A DNA stretch of 64,000 nucleotides from an uncultured Pseudobdellovibrionaceae bacterium (GCA_963803705.1 CAWDNU010000004.1:736001-800000), one strand, 5' to 3'; positions 39,707 to 51,135 are shown, numbered from the stretch's first letter. A program made the numbers and translations. Notes: generated from the sequence alone by a model not told the origin.

Positions 39707-41542
39707 ATGCGCTCGGAACATTGGCTCAGGCACCCCTTTAAGTTTTACATCGGTAAGTATAAAGGATCTTTTGGCTTGGGTGTTATTGCTCTTTTATTAA
39801 CCAATGGGTTCGACATCATGGGACCCTACCTGATTGGAAAACTAATTGATGCTCTGCCAGGGGCCACCCTGAGCAGTTTGAAGCTCAACCTGGGCCTACT
39901 TCTGTGCGTTTCAATTGGGACTGCAGTTTTCCGGTATGTGTGGCGCATTTATTTTGGATACTTCCATCATTCTGTTGCAGCAGACTTAAGGAAGACAGTG
40001 TTCAAAAAAATGTTAAATCTTGGTCAGAACTATCATCAAAAGGTTCCTACCGGCGAAAAGATGACGTTGATCACCCAGGACATCGAAAATTTTAGAATGG
40101 GAATTGGGCCGGGCCTACTAATTCTTTTCGATGCAATGATTTACGTTAGTGCCTTGATACCACTAATGTTGATGATCGACGTTCGCTGGACTTGGCAGTG
40201 TCTAGCCTTGATGCCACTGATTCCCTTTGTCATTTATAAACTTGAAGACACACTGAATAAAAACTACAGACAAGTCCAAGATGAAACTGGAAATTTCACC
40301 AGTTTCACCCAAGAGTCTGTGTCTGGCATCAAAGTTATTAAATCTTTGGGACTAAATCGCTCGCGGCTAAGTCTTTTCAACCATACCAATTCGAATTTGA
40401 AAAAGTACGGTATTCGAGTAGACAGGCTTGAATCTGCGTTTGGACCTAGCCTAGAATTTTTTGTAATGATCGGAACAGCCACTTTACTTTTTGTTGGTGC
40501 TGATAAAGTTATTTCAGGGCAAATTAGTGTTGGCAACTTTTTTGCATTTTATCAGTACCTATTACGAATGATCTGGCCAATGACCGCACTTGGTTTTTCA
40601 TTTATGATGTACAAAGAAGCTGACTCTTCATTTGATCGAATAAGAAACGTGCTAGAAAAAGAACATTGGATTCCCGATGGGCAGCAATTGGCAGAAGCAA
40701 ATCAAGATCTAGAAATTAAAAATTTAAGTTTTAAATATATTGGCGCAAAAAGCTTAGCCTTAACCAATATAAATTTCAGATTGAAGCACGGTCAATCAAT
40801 GGCCGTAGTCGGCGCGGTGGGGTCTGGTAAATCAACACTAGTGCAGATTTTAGCGTCTTCACTTCCTCCGACGAGGGGTCAGGTTTTATACGGAAATCAA
40901 CCGATTTGTGATTACGATACGAAAAGTTACCGAGCTGTTGCTACTTTGATTCCTCAAAAAGTATTTTTATTTAAAAAAAGCATCAAGCAAAACGTTTTAG
41001 ACTTTAACAACAAATCTACTGAAGCCTTAGACTTTTCAAGCTCCCTTTCGGAACTGCTTACGGAGGCTCATATCTACAATGAAATAGATAAGATGCCCCT
41101 AAAAGAAGAGACCCTACTTGAGGAAAATGGACAGGGCTTATCGGGGGGGCAAAGACAAAGGTTGGCTTTGGCGAGGGGTTTAGCACTAAGCCCGCGGTGG
41201 CTTATAATGGATGATTCTTTAAGTGCGATAGACATAGAAACTGAACAGAAAATACTTAGAGATCTAAAATCAAAAAAGAAAAATCAAATCATGAACTTTA
41301 TAATCTGCTCTCATAGGATTCAGAATTTAGATTGGGTAGATCAAATTTTGGTTTTAGACAAAGGCAGGCTTATAGACATTGGCGATCACAAATCACTTTA
41401 CGAAAGGTGCGATCTTTACAGAAACCTTTACAGCTCTCAGAAGAATGGGATTTCTGAAGCTATAAGTCACAAAGGTCGGGATCGTGAAACATTGAACCAA
41501 AGAAATATTTCTAAAGACAATCAGGATTTACAGCGTGAATAA
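39707..41542 (+). CDS. ABC exporter, fused TMD-NBD (YheI/MdlA-like half, degenerate site)
   Basis: GAVGSGKS, LSGGQRQR, Walker B IMDDS. Confidence 0.9.
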   Translation: MRSEHWLRHPFKFYIGKYKGSFGLGVIALLLTNGFDIMGPYLIGKLIDALPGATLSSLKLNLGLLLCVSIGTAVFRYVWRIYFGYFHHSVAADLRKTVFKKMLNLGQNYHQKVPTGEKMTLITQDIENFRMGIGPGLLILFDAMIYVSALIPLMLMIDVRWTWQCLALMPLIPFVIYKLEDTLNKNYRQVQDETGNFTSFTQESVSGIKVIKSLGLNRSRLSLFNHTNSNLKKYGIRVDRLESAFGPSLEFFVMIGTATLLFVGADKVISGQISVGNFFAFYQYLLRMIWPMTALGFSFMMYKEADSSFDRIRNVLEKEHWIPDGQQLAEANQDLEIKNLSFKYIGAKSLALTNINFRLKHGQSMAVVGAVGSGKSTLVQILASSLPPTRGQVLYGNQPICDYDTKSYRAVATLIPQKVFLFKKSIKQNVLDFNNKSTEALDFSSSLSELLTEAHIYNEIDKMPLKEETLLEENGQGLSGGQRQRLALARGLALSPRWLIMDDSLSAIDIETEQKILRDLKSKKKNQIMNFIICSHRIQNLDWVDQILVLDKGRLIDIGDHKSLYERCDLYRNLYSSQKNGISEAISHKGRDRETLNQRNISKDNQDLQRE

Positions 41543-43316
41543 TACTATACAAAAGAGCACACCCTACAGCGATTTAAAAGACTATGTGTCGTTCATGTAT
41601 AAATACGCAAGATCTTACAATCTTACGCTAGTAATTCTAGTTGCACTTATCGTTATCTTTATAATTTCGGGTCGATTGATTCCGCTTATATTCGGTTGGG
41701 CTGTTGACTACGGCATAAAAGATAAAAATATTAATTTTATCTACAGGTGTGGCTTTGCTTTGATCGCCTGTAATTCAATCAGGGCTGTTGTATCTTATCT
41801 GATTTCTTTTAAATTTAGATTTATGGGTCAAGAAATTTTGTATCGAGTGCGCCGTGATTTACTTGAACATATCCAAAAGATTAAAATAAGTTTTTTTGAT
41901 AAAAATGCTTCTGGGAAAATTGTTACCCGTATTTCCAATGACACCAAAAGTCTAGGTGATCTTTTTGCCGATGGGCTATCGGGAGCCTTCATTAACATAG
42001 TCGAGATCTTCTCTATTTTAGCAGCTTTGTTTTTAATCTCGTGGCATATGGCTTTATGTGTTGTTTTAATTTTGCCTCCAGTCTTGTGGTTTGGAAAAGT
42101 TCTTAGTGATAAAATTCGAGAGCAATTTATTTTAATTAAGTCCAAGCTATCTGCTATTAATGCTTTTAGTGCCGAAAACTTAAACGGCATCGAAGTATTA
42201 CAGCTTTACGGCGGTGAAACCCAAGTTGCAGGTAATTTCGATAAGAACGTTGATGAGTACAAGAATTTGCAGTTAAATTCTGTAGCATACTTTGCTTTAT
42301 TATGGCCTATAATCGAATTTTTTCAGGTTTTTTCAATTCTAATAAGTTTAATAGTTGGTTTTTATTTGTTAAACGATAATTTAGTAACAATTGGCCAGAT
42401 TGGCGCTTTTGTACTATTGCTACAAAGCTTTTTTAGACCGCTTAGGTTTATTTTAGAAAAATATAATCAAATTCAAAACGGGGTTACTAGCTCTCAAAGA
42501 ATCATAAAGCTTTTCAATGAAAACACAGAATTCTACAGTTCTAATTCAAATTCAGTAAGCAGTGATTTGGCCGTTCAAGCTTTAGACTTCGGTAAAGATT
42601 TTGAAGATCCAGTGATCAAAGTTAGCAATTTGAATTTTTCATATGACGGCAAAAATAAAGTTATAAAAGATCTTAATTTTGAAATCACGTCAGGATCAAA
42701 AACAGCAATCGTCGGTCGCACAGGCAGTGGTAAAACCACTTTAGTATCCTTGCTTCAAGGATTTTATCCTTCACCGACTGGGTCCATGAAGATTTATAAC
42801 ATGTCGATTGAAACCCTACCTATCGATTTTCTACGCAAGAAACTTTTGGTCGTAAGACAAGATGAATTTATTTTTAAAGGTACGGTTAAAAGTAATATTC
42901 TAATAAGCTCTGGGGAAAGATCCATTACAGATTATAAACTAAAAGAGATCTTGGACCAAGTGGGTTTAGAACTAACATTAGATTCAGAAGTCGATGAAAT
43001 GGGCGCTAATTTAAGTGCTGGCGAAAAGCAGCTGATTGCGCTTGCCCGCGTGATGGTTTACGACCCAGAGATAATAATTTTAGATGAAGCCACATCTCAT
43101 ATTGACACCGTTTCTGAACAAAAAGTGCTTAAGGCCTTTGATAAAATTATGAGTGGTCGAACATCTATTGTGATTGCTCATAGGCTAACAACAGTCCTGA
43201 AAGCTGATCAAATATTAATCTTAAATGATGGTAAACTAGTCGAGACAGGTCATCCTGACGAATTACTTAGAAATCCGGAATCTGTATTTAATACCTTTTA
43301 CAACGAACTGCTTTAG
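41535..43316 (+). CDS. ABC exporter, fused TMD-NBD (YheH/MdlB-like half)
   Basis: GRTGSGKT, LSAGEKQ, ILDEATS, IAHRL; overlaps its partner gene. Confidence 0.9.
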   Translation: MNNTIQKSTPYSDLKDYVSFMYKYARSYNLTLVILVALIVIFIISGRLIPLIFGWAVDYGIKDKNINFIYRCGFALIACNSIRAVVSYLISFKFRFMGQEILYRVRRDLLEHIQKIKISFFDKNASGKIVTRISNDTKSLGDLFADGLSGAFINIVEIFSILAALFLISWHMALCVVLILPPVLWFGKVLSDKIREQFILIKSKLSAINAFSAENLNGIEVLQLYGGETQVAGNFDKNVDEYKNLQLNSVAYFALLWPIIEFFQVFSILISLIVGFYLLNDNLVTIGQIGAFVLLLQSFFRPLRFILEKYNQIQNGVTSSQRIIKLFNENTEFYSSNSNSVSSDLAVQALDFGKDFEDPVIKVSNLNFSYDGKNKVIKDLNFEITSGSKTAIVGRTGSGKTTLVSLLQGFYPSPTGSMKIYNMSIETLPIDFLRKKLLVVRQDEFIFKGTVKSNILISSGERSITDYKLKEILDQVGLELTLDSEVDEMGANLSAGEKQLIALARVMVYDPEIIILDEATSHIDTVSEQKVLKAFDKIMSGRTSIVIAHRLTTVLKADQILILNDGKLVETGHPDELLRNPESVFNTFYNELL

Positions 43317-43328
43317 TTTTTGCTAAGT

Positions 43329-43453
43329 GGGCCTGTTGAAAAAGTACTAGATTCTAGGCGTCCAAGCTTAAAATCGAATGAGTCGTAGTTTATCTACGTC
43401 GAATGAGATTTAAGCGAAGACAACAACGAAGATGATGCTTTTTCAACAGGCCC
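43329..43453. mobile_element. 125-bp MITE, copy 2
   Basis: Perfect 16-bp TIRs GGGCCTGTTGAAAAAG / CTTTTTCAACAGGCCC; lies between convergent genes. Confidence 0.85.
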
Positions 43454-43515
43454 AGGTGTTTTCTGTCTTTGACCAACTTGAACGATAGACAGCGGAATTA
43501 TTTATGAAGTAGCGC

Positions 43516-46500
43516 TTATTCAGCCCCAAGATCCATAATAGTCCACGACTTTGTTGAGGTTAGATTTGCTCTGGAAGAACTTGCGGCAGGTTGAAATTGT
43601 GCAGGCACTGAACCCACCGAAATAGCCGTCTGGACCGAAGTGCTATCAGCCATGATCAAAAAATTAGTGTAATTCGCATTACTAATACCTGAATTGTAGA
43701 ATATATCTGTAAGGTCACCAACCAAAGCCAAGTCCCAAGTCGTAGTATCAGGGTTAGCTGAAGATGCTCCATCAAATATCTGAGGAGCATTTACTAAACT
43801 ACTTGTGTCCCAATTAGAGGTGTCTGGATTTGCGCTGGTTGCTCCCATAAACATGGCTTCCATATCGATTGCACTTGAGACATCCCAACTAGAGGTGTTT
43901 GGTGTTACTGATGTTGCATTAAAAAACATCTGGTAGAAACTAGTTACACTGGAAACATCCCAAAGACTGACTTCAGGATTAGCCAGAGTACTGCCAGAAA
44001 ACATTCCATCCATTCGAGTGACTGTTGAAAATTCGTCTCCATTGGCCTGGATAGTAGTAAGAAGCGTGCAATCTTTGAACATGTTTTGCATCTCTAACCA
44101 ACCCATATACCCTATTTGGTAAACACTCGATATGTAACAAGGATTTGGTAAAATAGCGGTGCCAAAGGCGTCTAGACTACCTGTCATTGTAACTATATAA
44201 GATCCTGCCAGAGCATAAGTATGTACGCCATCCGGGTCATTGAATGATGTAACTGTAGAAATTGGGGTGCTGTCACCCCAATCTATGGTGAAGTTATAAC
44301 TAAAACCTGCAGCCAAAGGTAATGTAACGTTGGTGTTATCTGCAGGTATTGACCAAGAAGTCACAAAAGCATTTGCGGGCGGCGGTAAATATTCAACTGT
44401 TGTTATGTTAGACGCTACATTAAAGTTTCCTGCTAAATCCTGCACTTGGTTTGAAGGCAACTGCACACTGACGTCACCCGCAGAGCTAGGGTTTATAGTC
44501 ACTGAATAAACTAGTGGCCCGCCAGACGATGTGACTATAGAGCCGTTTGTGATAGATAGGTCATTGGGGTCAAAAGACTGCACACTTTCATTTAGGGACA
44601 CAGAATAAATTATCGGGTTCGATATCGTGGGGCTTGATTCGCTGCTTGATATTGTAACCACTGGTGCCACTGTGTCCAGGTTCAAGGTGTAAACTGTTGG
44701 AGTCGAAGTGTTCATGGCTAGGTCAGTTTGAAATAAACTTAAATTTTTAGGACCATCGGTTGGACTTAAATTAACCGATTGTGAAAACGTGCTACCAGAA
44801 CTACACGTGATACTTAGTGGGCCTCCGATAATATCACCACTTAAGCTTAACGTTGCATCCGCCTCGCAGGTGCCCAAAATACTTTGGACCTCAGCATTAA
44901 TGTACGCCCCATCAATAGGCGAAGAAAACACCGGTGGTGATGGGTCCGAGGTGTCCAAGTTTATAGACCGAGTTACGTTAGTAGAAATATTTCCTGCTGA
45001 ATCTGTCTGATTGACTGAATATGATTTCAATTCATTTAAAGCGGTCAAATTTACGCTTACAGAGTAAGACGATGATGCGCAAATCACAGAATACGGAGAT
45101 CCAGTCATCGCACTACTAATAACGTTTACGGTGTCACCTGTTTCGCAACTGCCACTTAGGGTCTGCGATATTTGATTGGTAATAAGTCCATCTGCTGGCG
45201 ATAAGACCGTGGGTGCAGCAGAAGGTGTCTGATCTAAATTTATAGTGATTGTTGACGCGAGTGAAGTATTGCCAACACCGTCAGTTTGCATGGCCGTCAC
45301 AGATTTAAGACCACTTCCAACCGAAAGATCGATATCAATCATGTAATTACTAGCTAAACAAGAAGCTAACACAGGGCTTGGATTGATATCGCCCGTTATA
45401 TTTATCGATGATCCGTTCTCACAATTACCAATAATCGACTGAGTTATCTGATTCGAAGATACTCCTGTCATAGGGGATGTGATTGTAGGCGAGGGCGGCC
45501 GAGTGGTGTCCAAAAATATGGTTATGGCTACAGCAGCTGAAGTGTTATTCGCAGGATCTGTTTGTGTCACGCTTACGAGTTTAGATCCGTCAGGCGCAGA
45601 TAAGTTTACAGTTTGTGAATAACTGCCACCAGAGCAACTTATTGAGAAAGGAGATCCTGTAAAATCACCAGAGCCCTGTACCGTATCACCAGTTGCACAA
45701 ATCCCAGATATAGTTTGCGCAGGATTACTAGTAGCTAAGTTGTCAGTTGGTGAAGCAATCGATGGAGCTGCGGAAGCAACTTGATCTAGGGTTAGATTTA
45801 TGTTGGTAGTAGCGGAAATGTTGCCAGCCATATCTGTTTGGCGAGCTGTAACAACTTTTGAACTGTCACCAGGGGTCAGCACAACAGCTTGAGAGTACGT
45901 CCCGCCGGCGCAAATTAAGCTTACCCCTGAACTAACAATATTACCTGCTATAAACACTGTACTACCGGTTTCACATACACCCGAAGCAGTTTGATTTCTA
46001 GTGTTTGTAAAGGTTCCGTTTAGGGGACTTGTAATCGTTGGTGCCGAAGGCGCTGTTAGATCTAAGTTTACAGTTCGCGTAGTTGAAGCAGATACGTTTC
46101 CTGCCAAGTCTGTTTGAATAGCGTTTACTGTTTTCAATCCTTCGCCTGCAGTTAAAGATACATTTACAATAAGAACTGAACCATTACATGAAAACCGCAC
46201 GGGTGAACCAGTTAAGTCACCGGTCAAACTAATTTTAGCCAGATCTTCACACGTTCCGTTAAGAGTTAGAGTGATCGAATTTACAAATTCACCCTCACTT
46301 GGACTAGCAATTCCCACAGCAGCTGGGGCCGCGGTATCAAGTGTAACACTAACTGCAGAAATGGCCGAAACGTTACCGGCCAAATCCGATTGAGACAAAC
46401 TTAAATTCTTCACACCGTCTCCAGCGACGTAACTGATGGCTTGCGAAAAGGTGCTACTAACGCAAGATGTAGTTACGGGCGCACCCACAAGATTTCCGTT

Positions 46501-49500
46501 AATTGAAACCGTGGTTCCACTTTCACATTCACCAGAAACCGTTTCAGTGTTTTGATTGGTAAAAGAGTTATTTAGTGGACTAAATATAACAGGTGCTGCA
46601 GGTACTGTTGTGTCCAAAACTATCGTAATCGTTGCTTGGGCGGATTGGTTTCCAGAGGGATCTGTTTGCAATAGTGTCAAAGTTTTAGTTCCATCACTTG
46701 AGCTAAAATTTACAGGAACATCGAAATTGCCACCGGAATCGCATGTACTTATAACTGGGCCTGCCATTATACTGCCAGCAAATGTCAATTGCGAATTAGC
46801 CTCGCAAGTTCCGACTATATTAGGGGTTTCACTGTTGATTGCAGACCCACTTATAGGTGAACTTATCACTGCAGCCGCTGGCGCAGTTTGATCTAAATTA
46901 ATAGTTAGTGTTGAAGCCACTGAAACATTGCCCGCTAGATCAGTTTGAGTGAGATTTAAATTTTTAACTCCGTCACCAGATGTTAATGTAACCGCCAAAG
47001 CATAAGATCCGGATGCACAACTAACTGCCAAGGGACTACCTAAAATATCCCCCATCACGTTCACCGTTAAGTTTGTTTCACACGCTCCGTTTAAAGTTTG
47101 TGATGTCTGGTTAGTGCTTAGACCATCTGGTGGCGATAGTATTGTAGGGCCAGCAGGCGCAGCTTGATCTAAATTTATAATCAACGAAGTGATCAAAGAG
47201 ATATTCGAAGCCAAATCTGTTTGGGTCACATTGATAGTTTTAGCTCCGTCACCAGGTTTTAATGTAGATAATAACGAATAAGAATTAGCCGCACAAAGCG
47301 AACTTACGGGCCCTCCTACAAGATCACCTGAAAGGCTTACGGTAGCGCCGGTTTCGCATTCTCCTGAAAAAATTTGAGAAGTATCATTTGTATTTAATCC
47401 ATCTACTGGCGTGATTACCGTGGGTCTAAGAGGTGAAGTCTGATCAAAGTTAATGTCAATAGCAGTTGCTGCAGATGCATTACCTGATTGGTCTGTTTGG
47501 ATCACGCTTAAGTTTTTAACCCCATCTCCAGACGTCAAAGTAAGAGTTTGAGAATAAGCACTTGAAACACAGACTAAATTTAATGGGCTTCCAGTGAAGT
47601 TTCCAGACACGGTCACATTCGCATCAGTTTCACAAGCACCGATCATTGTTTGTGAAGGATCATTAGTATTTAAATCGTCGACTGGTGAAGTTATAGTAGG
47701 CGCTGAAGGCAAGGTTTGATCAAGGTTAACCGCTACTGAAGTAGCTAAAGATATATTTGAAGCAAGATCAGTTTGAGTTGCGCTAATGTTTTTGATTCCG
47801 TCCCCTGACGATAGTGTAACTGACTGAGAGTAAGCATTAGCTGAACAAACTATGTTTACCGGACTTCCTAGAATATTTCCTGAAATATTTACGGTTAAAT
47901 TAGTTTCACAGGCACCAGAAATAGTCTGCGATAAAAATTTTGTGTTTAATCCATCGGTTGGGTTAAAAATTGTGGGAGCTAAAGGCGCAGACTGATCCAA
48001 ATTTACAATTATCGCGCTTGCTGCAGATATATTCGAAGCCAAATCTGTTTGAGTAACACTTAAGTTTTTAACACCATCACTTAAAGTAAGCGTCACCGTC
48101 TGGGAATAGGCGCTCGCAGCACAAACCAAATCAACTGAGCTTCCTAAGATATCTCCGGAAATTGTAAGGGTCGAATTGGTTTCGCAATTTCCTGAAACAG
48201 TTTGTGTTTCGTTACTTGTATTTAATCCGTTAGTTGGTGAAGCTATTGATGGCGCAAAGGGTGCTGTTTGGTCTAAATTTACAGAGATTGCAATTGCAGG
48301 CGAATTATTTGTAGCTGCATCTATCTGAGTTACATTAATGTTTTTTGCTCCGTCCCCAAAATTCAACGTTACATCTGTAGAATAAGTGCTCGAAGCACAA
48401 AGTGTATTTACCGGACTACCTACAATGTCACCTAAAATATTTAGAGTGGCGCCTGTTTCACAGACCCCAGTTACTGTTTGAATCAAGGTGTTTGTATTTA
48501 GCCCATCTGCAGGCGAAGATATGGTCGGAGCAGAAGGCACGGACTGATCTAAATTTACATTTACTTGAGTCACTGGTGATACGTTTAAAGCTAAATCCGT
48601 TTGAATTACGCTGATACTTTTTGCTCCGTCACTTCCCTGTAGTGTAACTGCTTGAGAGTAAGAATTAGCTACACATAAAAAGCTAATTGGACCACCTACA
48701 ATATCACCAGAAATACTTAATGTGGAATCCGTCTCGCACGCACCTGAAATTACTTGGGACGAAGTGTTTATGTATGCACCATCAATTGGTGAATTTACAG
48801 TTGGAGCTAGAGGAATCCCTTGATCTAAGTTTAGAGTGACGGTAGTCGCACTTGATATGTTAAGAGCCAAATCAGTCTGTGTTAAGTTTATAGTTTTTAG
48901 TCCATCACCAGAAGCCAAATTTACAATCTGTGAGTAAGAGCTTCCTGCACAAGTTAGTTCTAAGGGACTACTTAGAATATCTCCAGAGATACTGACCGTA
49001 GCACTTGTTTCACATACTCCAGTGAAAGTTTGAGACGCTTCACTTGTATTTAATCCACTTGTCGGAGCACTCACCGACGGAGCGATAGGTGTTGTTTGAT
49101 CAAGATTTAAACTTAGAGCTGCTGCGGGCGAAATATTTGCAGCCAAATCTATCTGAGTGACACTAATATTTTTTACCCCATCACCAGTCACTAATGTTAC
49201 AGAACCTGCGTACGAACTAGAAGTACATGTGACACTAATAGGACCACCTACGATGTTCCCAGAAATACTAACTGTAGCATCTGTTTCACATGCGCCATTA
49301 AAAGTATGATTTAAAGAATTAGTAGTTGAACCATTAGTTGGCGAAACTATCGTAGGAGCGATCGGTATATTTTGGTCTAAGATAACATCAATTGTAGTGG
49401 CTAATGAGGTATTTCCAGCGGCATCTACTTGCAAAATAGACAAATTTTTTGTCCCATCCCCTGCTATTAAACTTATGGGTTCCGAGTAACCACTGCCAAC

Positions 49501-51135
49501 ACAGACAAAGCTGAGTGCGCCTCCAGTAAAGTCACCGGTCAAAGTGACGTTTGCGCCAGTTTCACAAGCCCCTGTGACAGACTGGGTATTTGTGTTCAGC
49601 ACTGCCAAGTTTGGTGGCGCAGTGATCGTAGGCCGAAGCGGTGCAGTCTGATCAAGGTTTATAACTATTGAAGTGGCAGCCGAAGTGTTGGCTGATAAAT
49701 CAGTTTGAGTAACACTAACTGTCTTGGTGCCTGCACCAGAGACTAGAGTGACCGACCTAGAATAAAAGTTTGCTGCACAAATCACACTCACCGGACTACC
49801 CACAATGTTACCTGCAATGTCTACGGTGGCATTATTTTCACAAGCACCAGAAATTGTCTGCGACAAATTGTTGGTGTTCAAATTATTAACTGGGGCAGTG
49901 ATCGTTGGAGCCAAAGGAAGTGTTTGATCTAAGTTGAAAGAGACAGAGCTTATAGGCGAAAAATTTGAAGCTGGATCTGTTTGGGTAGCATTTAAACTTT
50001 TTATTCCATCTCCAGATATTATCATAGTGGCTACGGCGAAAGAACTTGCCGAACAAACCGCAGTAACGGAACCACCAATGATGTCCCCGGTAATACTTAT
50101 CACTGCATTGGTTTCACAGGCACCAGATACAATTTGATTTGTTTGATTTATATTTTGACCTTCACTTGGGGATATAAAAGACGGAGCTAAAGGAATTGTC
50201 TGGTCCAAAATAATATTAACTGAAGTAGTAACTGAAATATTACCTGCTAGATCTACTTGGCTTATGTTTAAACTTTTAGTACCGTCAGAAGAGGTTAAAT
50301 TTATATCTTGTGAATAAGAACCAGCCATGCACGTGAAAATTGTTGGAGATTCTAAAAAGCCACCATTAAGAGTAACCGTGGCTTCAGTTTCACAAAAACC
50401 ACTTACTGTCTGCGCTACTTGATTAAAGCTTGCACCGTTTATCGGAGCTGTAATGACCGGAGCGGGTGGAGCCGTATCGTCATAGTTTACACTGACAAAG
50501 GTTGATGGCGAAATGTTGCCAGATAAATCAGTTTGACTTGCAGCTATAACTTTTGCACCTATCCCAGCACTCAAATTCAAATTAAGCGAAAATGAGTTAC
50601 CGATACAGTCAGAGTTTATTATACCTCCAGTGATACCACCGGAAAAATTTAAAACTGTGCCAGACTCGCAACTTCCATCTACTATTATATTCCGACTACG
50701 AGTTGAAAAATTGTTTGTGGGATTAATAATCACAGGAGCAAGCGGAGTAGAGGTGTCAACTAGAACACTCGTAATTGCACTGGTTGAGATGTCATTCTGA
50801 AAAGCGCTTAGTTGTACAGCGCCATCCGCTAAGCCAATAGAACTTAAATTCATGATCTGTGAAAACATACCGTTTATACAAGTTAATGACTGGGTAAGGA
50901 TTGAAGGCAAGCCAACTTCAAGAGTTACATCACCACCCCCAGGCATACAGGTGCCGTATAAGGTGTAGGAAGAAATGTTGACTGAGTTTATATTAGATAT
51001 ATGACTCCAACCGATAACATTGGTCTCAACAGTAGAACTTCCGGAACTTACAATTCCTCCGCATGAGCTTAAAATTAATAATCCAAAAATTACTCTCAAA
51101 TAGATGAAGAGTAATTTTATATTACTAATAAACAT
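43516..51135 (-). CDS. Giant surface lipoprotein: ~23 Ig-like repeats plus PKD-like and BspA/DUF285-like C-terminus
   Basis: Lipobox LSSC; ~92-aa repeats (AP.I.SP..G...G.CE...C...QTD.A.N.S); TIDWGD; WDVSSV..M..MF repeats. Confidence 0.85.
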   Translation of the reverse strand: MFISNIKLLFIYLRVIFGLLILSSCGGIVSSGSSTVETNVIGWSHISNINSVNISSYTLYGTCMPGGGDVTLEVGLPSILTQSLTCINGMFSQIMNLSSIGLADGAVQLSAFQNDISTSAITSVLVDTSTPLAPVIINPTNNFSTRSRNIIVDGSCESGTVLNFSGGITGGIINSDCIGNSFSLNLNLSAGIGAKVIAASQTDLSGNISPSTFVSVNYDDTAPPAPVITAPINGASFNQVAQTVSGFCETEATVTLNGGFLESPTIFTCMAGSYSQDINLTSSDGTKSLNISQVDLAGNISVTTSVNIILDQTIPLAPSFISPSEGQNINQTNQIVSGACETNAVISITGDIIGGSVTAVCSASSFAVATMIISGDGIKSLNATQTDPASNFSPISSVSFNLDQTLPLAPTITAPVNNLNTNNLSQTISGACENNATVDIAGNIVGSPVSVICAANFYSRSVTLVSGAGTKTVSVTQTDLSANTSAATSIVINLDQTAPLRPTITAPPNLAVLNTNTQSVTGACETGANVTLTGDFTGGALSFVCVGSGYSEPISLIAGDGTKNLSILQVDAAGNTSLATTIDVILDQNIPIAPTIVSPTNGSTTNSLNHTFNGACETDATVSISGNIVGGPISVTCTSSSYAGSVTLVTGDGVKNISVTQIDLAANISPAAALSLNLDQTTPIAPSVSAPTSGLNTSEASQTFTGVCETSATVSISGDILSSPLELTCAGSSYSQIVNLASGDGLKTINLTQTDLALNISSATTVTLNLDQGIPLAPTVNSPIDGAYINTSSQVISGACETDSTLSISGDIVGGPISFLCVANSYSQAVTLQGSDGAKSISVIQTDLALNVSPVTQVNVNLDQSVPSAPTISSPADGLNTNTLIQTVTGVCETGATLNILGDIVGSPVNTLCASSTYSTDVTLNFGDGAKNINVTQIDAATNNSPAIAISVNLDQTAPFAPSIASPTNGLNTSNETQTVSGNCETNSTLTISGDILGSSVDLVCAASAYSQTVTLTLSDGVKNLSVTQTDLASNISAASAIIVNLDQSAPLAPTIFNPTDGLNTKFLSQTISGACETNLTVNISGNILGSPVNIVCSANAYSQSVTLSSGDGIKNISATQTDLASNISLATSVAVNLDQTLPSAPTITSPVDDLNTNDPSQTMIGACETDANVTVSGNFTGSPLNLVCVSSAYSQTLTLTSGDGVKNLSVIQTDQSGNASAATAIDINFDQTSPLRPTVITPVDGLNTNDTSQIFSGECETGATVSLSGDLVGGPVSSLCAANSYSLLSTLKPGDGAKTINVTQTDLASNISLITSLIINLDQAAPAGPTILSPPDGLSTNQTSQTLNGACETNLTVNVMGDILGSPLAVSCASGSYALAVTLTSGDGVKNLNLTQTDLAGNVSVASTLTINLDQTAPAAAVISSPISGSAINSETPNIVGTCEANSQLTFAGSIMAGPVISTCDSGGNFDVPVNFSSSDGTKTLTLLQTDPSGNQSAQATITIVLDTTVPAAPVIFSPLNNSFTNQNTETVSGECESGTTVSINGNLVGAPVTTSCVSSTFSQAISYVAGDGVKNLSLSQSDLAGNVSAISAVSVTLDTAAPAAVGIASPSEGEFVNSITLTLNGTCEDLAKISLTGDLTGSPVRFSCNGSVLIVNVSLTAGEGLKTVNAIQTDLAGNVSASTTRTVNLDLTAPSAPTITSPLNGTFTNTRNQTASGVCETGSTVFIAGNIVSSGVSLICAGGTYSQAVVLTPGDSSKVVTARQTDMAGNISATTNINLTLDQVASAAPSIASPTDNLATSNPAQTISGICATGDTVQGSGDFTGSPFSISCSGGSYSQTVNLSAPDGSKLVSVTQTDPANNTSAAVAITIFLDTTRPPSPTITSPMTGVSSNQITQSIIGNCENGSSINITGDINPSPVLASCLASNYMIDIDLSVGSGLKSVTAMQTDGVGNTSLASTITINLDQTPSAAPTVLSPADGLITNQISQTLSGSCETGDTVNVISSAMTGSPYSVICASSSYSVSVNLTALNELKSYSVNQTDSAGNISTNVTRSINLDTSDPSPPVFSSPIDGAYINAEVQSILGTCEADATLSLSGDIIGGPLSITCSSGSTFSQSVNLSPTDGPKNLSLFQTDLAMNTSTPTVYTLNLDTVAPVVTISSSESSPTISNPIIYSVSLNESVQSFDPNDLSITNGSIVTSSGGPLVYSVTINPSSAGDVSVQLPSNQVQDLAGNFNVASNITTVEYLPPPANAFVTSWSIPADNTNVTLPLAAGFSYNFTIDWGDSTPISTVTSFNDPDGVHTYALAGSYIVTMTGSLDAFGTAILPNPCYISSVYQIGYMGWLEMQNMFKDCTLLTTIQANGDEFSTVTRMDGMFSGSTLANPEVSLWDVSSVTSFYQMFFNATSVTPNTSSWDVSSAIDMEAMFMGATSANPDTSNWDTSSLVNAPQIFDGASSANPDTTTWDLALVGDLTDIFYNSGISNANYTNFLIMADSTSVQTAISVGSVPAQFQPAASSSRANLTSTKSWTIMDLGAE

